Assembly (NCBI GenBank): GCA_002633005.1
Contig: NMRA01001050.1
Span: 1-62,931, forward strand
From: Phoronis australis
Taxonomy: Eukaryota; Animalia; Phoronida
Length of the DNA stretch: 62,931 nt
Reading direction: 5' to 3'
The notes beneath the pieces were generated by a model that saw nothing but the letters and a program-made list of their open reading frames with translations, ran no database searches and had not been told where the DNA came from. Each line of letters begins with the position of its first letter. Positions within the stretch are counted from its first letter, which is position 1. The translations under genes were made by a program, and so were the position numbers. Positions 25,794 through 37,331 of this stretch are shown here, one piece after another.

Positions 25794-28700
25794 CTATTTG
25801 TCCCTGGAAATTACTTTGAATACATGTTATCTCTCAGTTTATGCAACTGCTCAGTTCCATGGCAGTACTAGCCAAACCAATCTCAAATCTCATTTGAAAC
25901 ACAGAAATTAAACCAGAACCATGGCTATGTCCTGCACCAAGTGTTCTTGGACGAGTAAGCCATTTTTTCGTAATAACCATGAAGCTGAGATTGGTTATAC
26001 TATCCGATCTTTCAGTGGGTAAGTATTACTTTGTTGGGGAAACTTAATAATTGGCACCTGGTCTGTAATTGAACGAGGTACAACGCCGCGATCCAGACAA
26101 AGGTCGCTTGTTCTCAAAGGGAATTATTTGGCCGCAAGAGAAAGTTGTCTAGATGCTGAGCTCCATTTTCATAACCATTCTTTTGACATGAAAGAATGGT
26201 TATGATTCCATATCGATAGAAAAAGAATGGCCGAGTTTAACCATGATTAGATAAGAACTGCAACTTGTTTGATACTNACCTCCATACTTATTATCAATAT
26301 TGTCCTACATCACCTCCATACTTATTATCAATATTGTCCTACATCACCTCCATACTTATTATCAATATTGTCCTACATCACCTCCATACTTATTATCAAT
26401 ATTGTCCTACATCACCTCCATACTTATTATCAATATTGTCCTACATCACCTCCATACTTATTATCAATATTGTCCTACATCACCTCCATACTTATTATCA
26501 ATATTGTCCTACATCACCTCCATACTTATTATCAATATTGTCCTACATCACCTCCATACTTATTATCAATATTGTCCTACATCTCCTTTAAAGTTTATAA
26601 CTCCATACTTCTTACTTCTATTTTATTGTACAATCAGTTTTTGAACAAAACATAAAAATAAAACAAAAAACTTGTCATGGGAACATTTTTCAGACATTTC
26701 ATTGAACTTGACATTTCTATGTGTTGGGGTTAGTTTGTGAGGTAATGTACTGTAGTTTGCTTTGGAACTATTGGTTGTATAGTCTCTGATGATGCTTGAC
26801 TGAAGTTCAGCAAAATGTGTGATGGCGTAATTTCTGTACATATTGAAATATGAATTTCCTTGCGAAAATAATTTAGCGTTATTTAATTGATTCTTCTAGT
26901 TCTACTGCCTATCATGCCATCTCAGCGGCGTGCAGTGAACCTGATCCGGCGTAAGTTTGCCTCGGGCACTTATAGTGATCACATGGCCCTGCTGCGAGTG
27001 TTCCAGGGTTGGCAACGAGCTCGCAGTGACGGCTGGGAGAAGGCGTTCTGTGAGAAGAACTATCTGTCTTCAGCTACCATGGAAATGATTGTGGGAATGA
27101 GGTGATACAAGTCTCCATGAGTTGTGTTTTTCCATTGATTTCCTTTCAGTCTGGTGAAAATTTGTCAGGGGTGTACTTTCTATTAATCACATGTCTCTGA
27201 AACTGTAAAGTTCATTGTACTTTTTCAAGGCTTATTTAAGGAAGGCAGCGATAAAATTTTTTATTAAATAGTCTTGCCCAAGGAGACTTAGCAGCAGACG
27301 TCAGGCTTTCAGCAAGGCAATAGAAGTTTTTGAAATTTGCTAGTCAGCACCATTGAAACAGTGGTCCATCTGAGATTCATAGATGAAGTCACTTGAAGGA
27401 AGCCCCCATCGCATTAACGTGCTATACTTTAGCCTGTTGTCCCTTTTTAGATATTAAAAGGACCACCCAAGGAATATATAGAGTATCCTTAGTTTTGTTT
27501 TTGCTTATTTTTGTGTTTCATTCTGTGCAGAACCCAGTTGCTGGGTCAGTTGAGAGCATCTGGGTTTGTGCGGGCGCGAGGTGGTGGTGATATACGGGAC
27601 CTCAACACCAACTCGGAGAACTGGGCCGTGGTCAAGGCTGCCCTGTGTGCCGGCACCTACCCTAACCTCATGAAGGTCAACCGCAACCGGTCCAAGCTAG
27701 TCACTGTGTAAGTAGTACTTATTATAACCAACAGGGGGGTTTTCTTGGGTAGTCTTCTTGAAGATATTATTTTGACCAGAAAAATAAAACAGCAAAATAG
27801 TATGTTTTTGTGATTTTGTTTGAAATCTTTGATTTCAAACGTCGGCTTCCAAATATGGCAGAATAAGCGTAAGTCACTTGTTACAGTTAACATTGCTTGC
27901 TAACTTGTCATGTTGGGTTATTGCTCTACTTGTAAAGTTTCAGACTGTGACTGTTGAGGTCATGGTTTCGAGTCCAGTTTGGAACTGATTTCAGATACAC
28001 ATTGTTGCAAATAAGGCCATTCTACACAAAGGAGTAACTCTTGCTACCACGCCTTCAGACCAAGTCTAATGATTGAAATTCATGAGCTAACTACCGCCTC
28101 CTAGAGTTTGATTGATTAATAGTGGGTAGTATTGTTATAGAAAGTATTAGAATTGACTACTTGGAGATTGAAGCTCTTTTGGCACAGACGGCAACAATTT
28201 TCCTTGTGAACGCTTTTGGCTTCCTTGATCCAGTGGTCATCCTCAAACTGATGACTGTTGAAATCTCACATGTGTGACGTCATGATCGGAATGGACGGAG
28301 CTGGAAACCTGGTTCTTCTGTAGGATGGTGTTATAAGCTGTGCCCAGTTGGAATTGTATAATTACTGTTGAACTCCTTGTATAGCGGATGAGTTGAGATT
28401 AGATTGTCCAAATGTTTCTGTTCTAGTACCCTAACCCTCCTCTTGTTTGACTTTTTCTACTGTAGCTGTTCCCAATCTGCCAAGTTCTGTATGTGCCATG
28501 GTATTGTGCTTTTTAAGATTCTTGGCTGTGGTCTCTAATTGTTTGTTCCTGTGTGATTATGATGGATAGATTTTTTGTTTTGTTTTTGTAATAGCACCGA
28601 AGAATTACTGTATAATAAGTGTTCTGTAGCCTCAGACAATGTTTCAACAAACTGTGGGCATTCACAATAATTATTACAACGCGTCTGTTACAATTTAAAG

Positions 28701-31700
28701 AACATTAATTTGGATTATGAATAATCATTGATTATGGCAATTATTTAGATCAAAATTAGTAAAATTTGGTGATTAGTTCTGCCATTGACTGATTGCTGAG
28801 TTCTTGTCCTGCCTTCTTTTAGTTCTGACATCAACGTGCGCTTGCACACGAACTCCGTGCTGAGCCCAGCACCAACTGAGTACTCGCGTGAGAACACACA
28901 GGCGGAAGCTGTTCGCAGTCTGCCCACTGATTGGGTGGTGTTTGACGAGATGACACGTAATGAGCGCCTAGCACATGTCCGCTGCTGTACTGTCATTTCC
29001 CCAGTCACCGTCTTTTTGTTCGGGGGGCCGGGTAAACTGCCACTTGATGCAATACGTGAAGCTGAGCTGGGAGTATCTGTAGGTGAGGTGACCCCATCGA
29101 TTTTGGTGTTTAAACACTATTTCTGTCTCTATTTCTTTGCTACGAATTAAGTTTTATTTCTGTTTTGATCGTTTAAATCCAGACAAGTCCTATTCTTGCT
29201 GTCTGAGGTCGATATATTATTATAGTAATTACGTAAAACTGCATTGAATTTTTGTTTATGTTTAGCTGTTGAAAATCGAAACCAATGCCACTTACATGTA
29301 ATGCCTGCAAAACCAATATTAAAATTGCCTTACCATGACGGTATGTTCTGTTGGAATGCTTCATCAGAAAGTCTTAGGGCAGGCTAGGCCTTCCAAAATA
29401 TGAGAGGTAATCTCTCAGGTCCAACTGAGTGTTAATATTAATGTTATCTTAGCGTGTATGCCTTGAACTCTTAACTTTTGATACAAGGCATGATTTAGCA
29501 AATTTCTTAAGATCATATTTCAGCTGTGATTTGATCACTTCCATTCAGTAGCAGGTAATCACTTGATTCCAATTAATTGTTGAAAGTGTTGCTATCCTGG
29601 TAACTACAGTTTTTGTTTTAAGTTCCTGGGCCTGAGTTTGGGGAACTGGGCGTAGGTTAACATTCAATTTAAACCAAACACGAACAAATCATGATCTATG
29701 ATCCGGAGAGAAGAAATCCACTGAGCCGTGTGTTCTAGTTTTACATTCTCCGGACAGGTATTGATTATGGAAAAATTTAAACGTTTTTTGAAGTCTGACA
29801 CACTGCCAATATCATAGACGTCATCGTGCTCACGGGAAGTGTTGACAACTTTGTGCAAACTCAAAAAATCTTGTTTTGTTCCTGAATTAGTCAGTTCATA
29901 ACATAATCTAAAGTGGTGGAAACACTAGGTTCTGTAAAAGAGACGGTTTTAACGTATCTGCGTTTTTTGAGAACCAGTTTTCACCATTGAATAACACGCA
30001 TCAAACTGGTTCTCAAAATGCAAGCATGTTATGTAACTATGGCCCTAGGGTTTAGTAACTTTAATGAGCAAAATCCTTGAATTCATGTTTGGAAGCAAGG
30101 CAGTGCAGTTTTAAGTATTAATTTTAAGATTTGTAAAGTATTGTTTCCACAAACTTAAGGTGAAATTACTGTTGTCATGAAATCTTCAGTGGACTATCTC
30201 CTCTGTGGCACACTTTCCATTTGCCCCATGCTGTTTCTTTACCCAGGAAATAACGGAGACCAGAGTTGTACGGAGAACAGCTCGGGTAGTGAAAGTGAGG
30301 AACGTGGTGACACCAAGAGGTCAACAATGAGTCTGGACACCTGTCTTTCATTCCGTGGAGACCTGGAGGCTGTGAACCTGGCACTGCAGCTAAGGCAGAA
30401 GTGGCATGCCCTAATGTTGAGGAGGATGAGGGCGCCGTCGAAACCATGGTCACAAGTTGATGAGGTATGAACTTGCGGGGAATTACAAGGAAATTTAGTC
30501 CAAACTCTACAAATTATATGAAAAATGAAACTCATTGGAAAAGAAGTCCAAGGTCTCTGATGATACACACACAACTGCTAGTTACTGACTTATTAAAGAT
30601 AATTTCAATATAAATTATTGCTTGACTCTATGTACTTGACTAAGCCTTTATTCAGGAATTGCGAACTGGGAGCATAAAGAAGATATTTCTGTCTTATTTG
30701 TCTTAAGTCACTTTCATGAAACTGCCCCGGAGGCTTTTTACAATCTGTAGTTGATTGGTGCTCTCTGAAAAATAATCATGGTGATTGCCCATGGGTCTTA
30801 CACAATGCAAAGTAGGTCCACATGCTTTATAAAATGTAAAATGTCAAAAGTCATCCTCTCCTCACAGACAGATGTCAGGTTGATTAGTATAATGGAAGTA
30901 TGACTGTTCCACGTAATGTTCAGTGTAGTGTCGCGGAACACCCTGATTCAGATGCACATCTAGGGTTACACTGGGACACTGGAGAGAATACCGAGTGAAG
31001 AAAAACCCTTCTCAGGTGAAGCAGCACTAGCTTTAAAGGATGTTGTACCCTCTCTCTAGGGGTCATGTCTCTACCAACCCCTCCCATGGGAGGTCCTTGT
31101 GGGATTACTTCCAGTAAGTTTTTCATTAAGCATGTGATCAAGATGGCTTCCTTGTTTCAGAACGTCGTGCGGACAGTCATTACTGTGTTGACTAGCGAGG
31201 AGCAAGGTCTTGGTCTCCAACAGCCATCAGGGATTGGCCAACGTCCTCGGCCAATGAGTGAGTACTGTATGTATACACCTCTTTCTATCTCTCCGCTTAC
31301 GCTCACCTTTCTGTTCCGTTCCCATGAACCGTTGCATTCCGTTGACTGTTGTGTTTATTGAAGGTGTGTACAAGGTATGTTCTTTATTTTGTTTCTTTGT
31401 GGCTTCTGGCCTGCACTTGATGGGTTATCTCCCTTGGTGGGTTGTCTCCCTTGGTCAAAGTAAAACACTACAAAGACCTTTACATTCTAAATTGGAAGGC
31501 AGTATTCCTCCAGCACATTTGAATTAGTGTATACACACTGCGTAGCTTCTTGGAATAGAATTAAGTCAGACAGGTGTTTAACTTTAATTGACAGAATGAT
31601 AATCTCCATTGACTATGCATTGATTGCCCTTTAGTAGAAGTCTTAAAACATAGTGTCATGACCTCAATGACCTATTAACCTGCGACCCCTACCAATGGCA

Positions 31701-34081
31701 CTTGATTATTGATGGCACCATTGTATATTATGATATTTGATTTCAAAATTTGTTATCGATTATCAGTGACATTTGCCTTATGAACTCGTTTGTGCAGTTG
31801 TGTTGAGTGGTAGTAGGTGAAACTCCTATTGTTATGACTGGCATTTGACCCTTGAACGGGTTATTGCATCCAGTGACTAAGACATGCTTGGTGGGAGTAG
31901 GTGGGGCTCCTATTGTTATGAGTTTCATTTGACTCTTGAACTGATTATTTCTTCCGATGACTATGACATGTTGGGTGGTAGTAGGCAGGGCTCCTATTCC
32001 AAAATTGTGAATAGCAGTTGACCCCTGAACTGGTTATTGCAACCAGTGACTGTCATGTCGCGTGGCAGTAGCTGGGGATCCTATTGTTATGAATGGCATT
32101 TGACCCTTGAACTGGTTATTGCAGCCAGTGACTATGTTATGTCAGGTGGTAGTAGGCGGGGCTCCTATGACACGGAACCCTCTGATGACTCGAGTGCTGA
32201 GACCAAAGGAAGCAGTACAAAGGCTGGCCGTAAGACGAGTCCATTCAAGAGGAAGGAGTTGTTTGCCAGTAAGTAGGCACTGACAAATAGACTTGCCCAA
32301 AATCTCAACAATTTCACACAAAAATAATCGCCAAAATTGCCCTTTCTCATGTTAGCAGACTACTAATTGTTGCAAGTGCCTACAATTTTTCAATATTGTG
32401 TCTTTAGTCTGTCTTTGTTGACAGCTGATGATTGCTCAGTGATAGAAAACAACTTTACTTTTCAGTTTATTATTTAGGATTTCTTGACAGTGTATTACTG
32501 GATTTTCTTAAAAACAATTTCGGGTGAAACTTTTGCTTTGTGTGACATCACAATCTTCATTAAGTCTTCCATCATTATTTTTGATGGTTCCGTCAAACCG
32601 AGCTCATCTCGGTATATCCGAGCCCTGTCATGTTAACATCTGGATGCTGGAGTGGTGAAGATGGGCAAAAGTGGGAACGTATAGCCAAAACCTAACCTTG
32701 AATGAGACACCATCCACTGGATTCTTACTCCAATTATACAACTTTTAGTTGGTTCCCACTCGGTGTTGTCCTGTTTTCAAGAGGGTACTGAGAACAAAAT
32801 TGTGCCCTTAAGTTCATGTTGTCATCTGTCATACTATATAAAGCAGTCTCACATTGACAAGGTCACCCTCTTTCTAAATGGGAAATATATGATGAATTAA
32901 TTCAGATCACTTTCTGACCTGATCATTGTTATCTTGGTGCACTACAGAACTTACCAAGGCAGACGACTGCTCCGAGACGTCATCTGTGCGTTCAGCCAAC
33001 AGTCTACCTGGCTCAGGTAACAACAGTACGCCAGGCAGTCTTAAGGGTAGTGCTGCCAGTTCTCCCTGTGCAAGTCCTCAGCCAGCCTCGTCCCCAGCCA
33101 GGTAATGACTGACTGTGATAAGAACACTAATAATGTGCCTTTCACTAAACCTTGCAAGGAATGAGTCACCAGTCAGAAGACATCACTCAGATAACATTTC
33201 ATTAAGTGTACCCCTTTATGTATTTGCAATCATTACTATCATATTTCCAATTGATAGTTTTAAAGTAAACAGTCAGGTTATTTTAATTCAACTGTGATAC
33301 ACCACCAGAAATGAGAATTGAATTAAATCTCATTTTAAGAAAGCTGTCCTGACTCATGATATTCAACAATTTTGATAAATTGTGATATCTATAATGTTGT
33401 TAGCATTGTATGTGATGTCCTTATGACTGCCAGCAGTCACAGTTGGCTAACTGAACCAGTCCTGTAAATATGCCATGCTCTGAAGTGAAAATGCATCATG
33501 TTTAATGTTCTCATTGTTATGAAACTGAATCACCTCACAATGCTTTTCACTAGGGATGTTTACAAATGACTTGGCATGGTGTAGCAAAGTCTTTCCAATG
33601 TTCATTATAATTGTTGTAAGGATAAGGTAGATAATACTTTTTGTTTGAAGTTCTATGCCCCTACTCCCAACATCTGTTTCAGGGCTACTGAGGGCAGCAG
33701 TGCCAATAGAGGGCGTTACTTTGTCATGCGCTGTAATAGCTTCAAGCAGCTGGACATTTCCTGCAGCAAAGGAGTGTGGGTAACCACTGTGTCGAATGAG
33801 AAGAAGTTATCCAGAGCATTCAAGGTTGGTATGGGATATCTCCTTACCTGTGGTATCTCAGCAGACTCGTGATTGATTTTGTCAGTTTTGCTTTTTCTTG
33901 TGTTCACCCGCTATTTTTCTTATTCACAGGAAGGAAAGACGGTGTATCTGATCTTCTCAGTGCATGGTAGCGGTCAGTTTCAGGGCTATGCCAAGATGAC
34001 CACACTGCCCTCTAGGGACAAGGTGCCCGAGTTCAGCTTCCCTGGTGCTGGTGGGAGTTTCAACATTGAGTGGATCAAGCG
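11051..34081 (+). CDS. YTHDC2: 3'-5' RNA helicase YTHDC2 (R3H, DExH helicase with ankyrin insertion, HA2/OB, YTH); one internal segment and the C-terminus are missing at gaps
   Basis: Exons 11051-11058 (ATGCAACA|gtaagt, tentative), 13965-14140, 14403-14493, 15223-15410, 16325-16527, 16799-16965, 17660-17762, 18252-18408, 18820-18927, 19945-20048, 20319-20454, 20707-20899, 21838-22010, 22454-22635, 23238-23401, 24584-24689, 25416-25535, [missing], 26900-27101, 27531-27707, 28823-29082, 30247-30464, 31161-31257, 32125-32268, 32948-33101, 33683-33824, 33930-34081, [missing]. Phases are consistent. Motifs: [30 protein letters not shown] (R3H), [35 protein letters not shown] (ANK), [35 protein letters not shown]...KGVW...[15 protein letters not shown] (YTH). 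Confidence 0.96.
17402..17630. repeat. ~79-bp degenerate tandem repeat (3 copies) just upstream of a YTHDC2 acceptor
   Basis: cttatttgtgactaagttgg...ccaggtgtcgc...gactgt repeated. Confidence 0.8.
19313..19960. repeat. 39-bp minisatellite (~16 copies) spanning the acceptor of YTHDC2 exon 19945-20048
   Basis: Unit tgtataatgc(a/t)gagaaggtccatatcaaccttaccatgt; the last copy supplies aatgcag|agaagg. Confidence 0.93.
21126..21316. mobile_element. Hairpin MITE-like inverted repeat in a YTHDC2 intron
   Basis: taaacaccatcatcaggagagagaacatagtgaccacctag pairs with ctaggtggccactatgttctctc...gatggtgttta; the outer arms extend the stem. Confidence 0.7.
22863..22972. repeat. 35-bp tandem repeat (3 copies)
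   Basis: tgacatgtacacaacatgcttcatgtcacaggtca. Confidence 0.9.
23361..23587. repeat. ~73-bp degenerate tandem repeat (3 copies) spanning the donor of YTHDC2 exon 23238-23401
   Basis: gccaacgctctacagagaaagggcag|gtacgc...ctatgacaaa repeated with decay. Confidence 0.8.
25734..25792. repeat. (CA)n / (CGCA)n microsatellite
   Basis: Directly visible. Confidence 0.95.
26278..26585. repeat. 34-bp perfect minisatellite (~9 copies) beginning at a single-N gap
   Basis: Unit cacctccatacttattatcaatattgtcctacat; N at 26277. Confidence 0.95.
31768..32168. repeat. ~84-bp degenerate tandem repeat (5 copies) spanning the acceptor of YTHDC2 exon 32125-32268
   Basis: ggcatttgacccttgaactggttattgcag|ccagtgact...gtagtagg...ctcctat, with units starting at ~31768, 31840, 31924, 32013 and 32095. 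Confidence 0.85.
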
Positions 34082-34247
34082 GTTAGTTAATCATTTAACA
34101 CATTCTGTGACTGTGTAGAGTTTCAACATTGAGTGGATCAAGCGGTTCGTTAATCATTTAACACATTCTGTGACTGTGTAGAGTTTCAACATTGAGTGGA
34201 TCAAGAGGTTAGTTAATCATTAACACATTCTGTGACTGTGTAGAGTT
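34055..34247. repeat. 63-bp tandem repeat (3 copies) spanning the donor of YTH-domain exon 33930-34081
   Basis: gagtttcaacattgagtggatcaagcg|gttagttaatc...gactgtgta at 34055, 34118 and 34181. Confidence 0.93.
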
Positions 34248-34537
34248 CTTCAGTTGGGGGGGGCCTTGAATGAGTTCCGTATTTGGCAAAGTGGGCCAAA
34301 AGGTCATTTGAGAATTAAAAGACGCAAGTATTTAGCGAAAGCTCTGAACGCTGAACAGACCTGTTTTTTTTTTCTTTTTTCTTAGTGAAAGGTCCACTGT
34401 GAAAAATTCAAACCCCTCATATTTTAGGGTACGTTTGGTCTTTATGCGAAAATCTGCAAATTTACTGAAAAATCTGCAAATCTGGTGTTCAGAGTACTCC
34501 AATGGAGTTTTGGTGGTACACAGGTCTGAGTTAGTAA

Positions 34538-34838
34538 TTTTTATGCGCCCACATATTTATATGTGGACGCATTATGCCGTCATCTCTGTCCGTCCGTCCG
34601 TCCGTCCGTCCGTCCGTCCGGCGTCCGGCGTCCGCGGCTCTATCTCCAAAACCCTTTGACATACGTTCATGAAATTTGGCACATATGTTCCATTCATGAA
34701 TGGGACGGCATGTGCGAACTTTCGGACGGATCCGACTACCGGTGTGCCCCCTAGTGGCAATTTTAGTTTTTTACGCTTACCTTTGTATCTTCAAAAGTCC
34801 TGAACGGATTTTCATGAAATTTGGTATGTAGGCACCTA
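34538..34838 (+). mobile_element. 5' part of a HINE-like element (family of 2774-4343), truncated by N gap 34839-35472
   Basis: ttttatgcgcccacat, (gtcc)n microsatellite, then a core repeat containing gcccccctagtggc. Confidence 0.8.
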
Positions 34839-35472
34839 NNNNNNNNNNNNNNNNNNNNNNNNNNNNNNNNNNNNNNNNNNNNNNNNNNNNNNNNNNNNNN
34901 NNNNNNNNNNNNNNNNNNNNNNNNNNNNNNNNNNNNNNNNNNNNNNNNNNNNNNNNNNNNNNNNNNNNNNNNNNNNNNNNNNNNNNNNNNNNNNNNNNNN
35001 NNNNNNNNNNNNNNNNNNNNNNNNNNNNNNNNNNNNNNNNNNNNNNNNNNNNNNNNNNNNNNNNNNNNNNNNNNNNNNNNNNNNNNNNNNNNNNNNNNNN
35101 NNNNNNNNNNNNNNNNNNNNNNNNNNNNNNNNNNNNNNNNNNNNNNNNNNNNNNNNNNNNNNNNNNNNNNNNNNNNNNNNNNNNNNNNNNNNNNNNNNNN
35201 NNNNNNNNNNNNNNNNNNNNNNNNNNNNNNNNNNNNNNNNNNNNNNNNNNNNNNNNNNNNNNNNNNNNNNNNNNNNNNNNNNNNNNNNNNNNNNNNNNNN
35301 NNNNNNNNNNNNNNNNNNNNNNNNNNNNNNNNNNNNNNNNNNNNNNNNNNNNNNNNNNNNNNNNNNNNNNNNNNNNNNNNNNNNNNNNNNNNNNNNNNNN
35401 NNNNNNNNNNNNNNNNNNNNNNNNNNNNNNNNNNNNNNNNNNNNNNNNNNNNNNNNNNNNNNNNNNNNNNNN

Positions 35473-35590
35473 GTGGTGTGTGTCAGGTGGGTGGTGTGTG
35501 TCAGGTGGGCGGTGTGTCAGGTGAGTGGTGTGTGTCAGGTGAGTGGTGTGTGTCAGGTGAGTGGTGTGTGTCAGGTGGGTGGTGTGTCAG
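35473..35590. repeat. 18-bp GT-rich minisatellite containing cag|gtgagt
   Basis: Unit gtcaggtgagtggtgtgt immediately after the gap. Confidence 0.88.
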
Positions 35591-37237
35591 TAGAACATTA
35601 GAGTTGAAATTGTGTCTACAATTTAACAACATTTTGATTTTTGTGCTTATATTGATTTAAACCTTAAAGTGCTCATGAACCCTGTTAAGCCTCTTAACTA
35701 TGGCTAGATCACTTATACATTCTTTGAAACAAAATAATACATAGACTCAAAAGTTTGGAGTAAGTTTGAATATTCCATATAAACTCAGCTCAGCTAACAA
35801 CTGTTTGTAATTCATTGGTTGAGAAATTGATGCCTGTGAAGAAAGGCCAGCCACGCTGAGCCAGACGTTATCCGCTTTGCAGCAGCAACCAACTGTTTGA
35901 GCTTGACGTGCTTTTTCGTCTCGTGGAAGTCGTGTAGTATGTGGGGGGACAGAAGGGTACAGAGACACCTTTGGGTGAAATTATGTTTTAATGTTTACTA
36001 AGTGTAGTGCATCTTCAAACCGAGATGAGACAATGTTCAGGAAGTATTAGAGGATCAGATGCTATTCCTTAAGTTTGTGTTTGATCCTGGAACTAAAATC
36101 TGTACAGGAAAGTAAGCGGTCCGTTGCAGGACTTTCTACTAAGTGAGAAATTTGATCTTGCACTCTCATTGTGATCGACTTACACTCTCAATTTGCAATT
36201 TAAGGTACAGTCTCACATTTATTAGCACGCCACTGTTTAAAAATTTTGATAGAAAATCTCAGACACTGTACTTTTGCTAAAGTGAGAAATGGTTATTTGG
36301 ATTTTAAGATCAAAATTCTGTTTTAAGTCTGACAGCTCTCCAGTCATTTTTTCATGGTTATTTAGCAAATAAAAGTTTATCCTCATAACAAACTCATGAA
36401 CATGTAGTTGTTATCTGCGAACATTTGACCTGTAATCGCAATTGTTTCTCATTAAGCTTGGCTACTGTATTTCCAACACATGTGACAACTGAGTGGCGAA
36501 CTGAGCTAAAATCTCCTAGATGACCCCTGCTTGTCTTGTAGTTGACTGGACGGCTGGTTGATGACATCTCAGCCTAAAATTTGTGACCTTTGCCATATGA
36601 CAATATTGTAATTGTTGACGTGGGTGTGAATGCGATCAGTGACTTTTTATGAACTGTCATGGCAAGGATGACCAGTCGTTAAACTCTTGCTCATTTGTTT
36701 CATTGTCTAATAACTAAGGTCATTAGACTACTTGTAATGAATAAATTAAGACTTGCTTAGCTCCAAAGATCTCGTTGCCTGGACTTAGTTATTTCGCATC
36801 CTTTTAACTAACAACTTGAGGTTGAGTAGGACCTTTTAATTGTTGTTTTTAGTAAAATATTTTCTGAAAGTAGAGATCCTGTTGACTTTGATTTTTTATT
36901 TTATACCAATCTGTCATTAACTGAGTCATGTGATCATGATTTATTGTAAAATTAAGCATTAACTAAATGGTACAAGCACAGCAAGAGGAAAACTGAAAAA
37001 ACAGTTTTATACTTTTCCTGAAATAAAATTTCGTTTGTTTGCATTTTTTATGATTTCATAGAAATCACCCTAAAACCTTCTAATGCAAGAGTGGAACATT
37101 TTAGAAACAGTTACTTTTAACAGTGTGGAGATCAGTGCATCAAGGGTATTGTGTGAAAGTCATATGAATCCAATGTTAATGATGAGATTATGTACAGAGT
37201 TAGTCTACTTAAGTTTGTATTGGCATTTATATGGAGT

Positions 37238-37331
37238 CCTAACCAATATTCAACGTGCATTCCAAACACTGGGATCCACTGAGTTCTAACCAATATTCAA
37301 CCTGCATTCCAAACACTGGGATCTACTGAGT
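37238..37331. repeat. 47-bp tandem duplication
   Basis: ctaaccaatattcaac(g/c)tgcattccaaacactgggatc(c/t)actgagt present twice. Confidence 0.88.

Noticed and set aside
26265-26655. 34-bp repeats resembling a CRISPR array, and the ORFs across them
   Set aside because: Head-to-tail units with no unique spacers, no cas genes, and a eukaryotic intron context.
34821-35660. 279-aa ORF (also the ORFs at 56976-57416)
   Set aside because: Open only because they run through N gaps.
35794-35859. Candidate YTHDC2 terminal exon (LTTVCNSLVEKLMPVKKGQPR*)
   Set aside because: Poor polypyrimidine tract and no clear similarity to the expected C-terminus; left uncalled.
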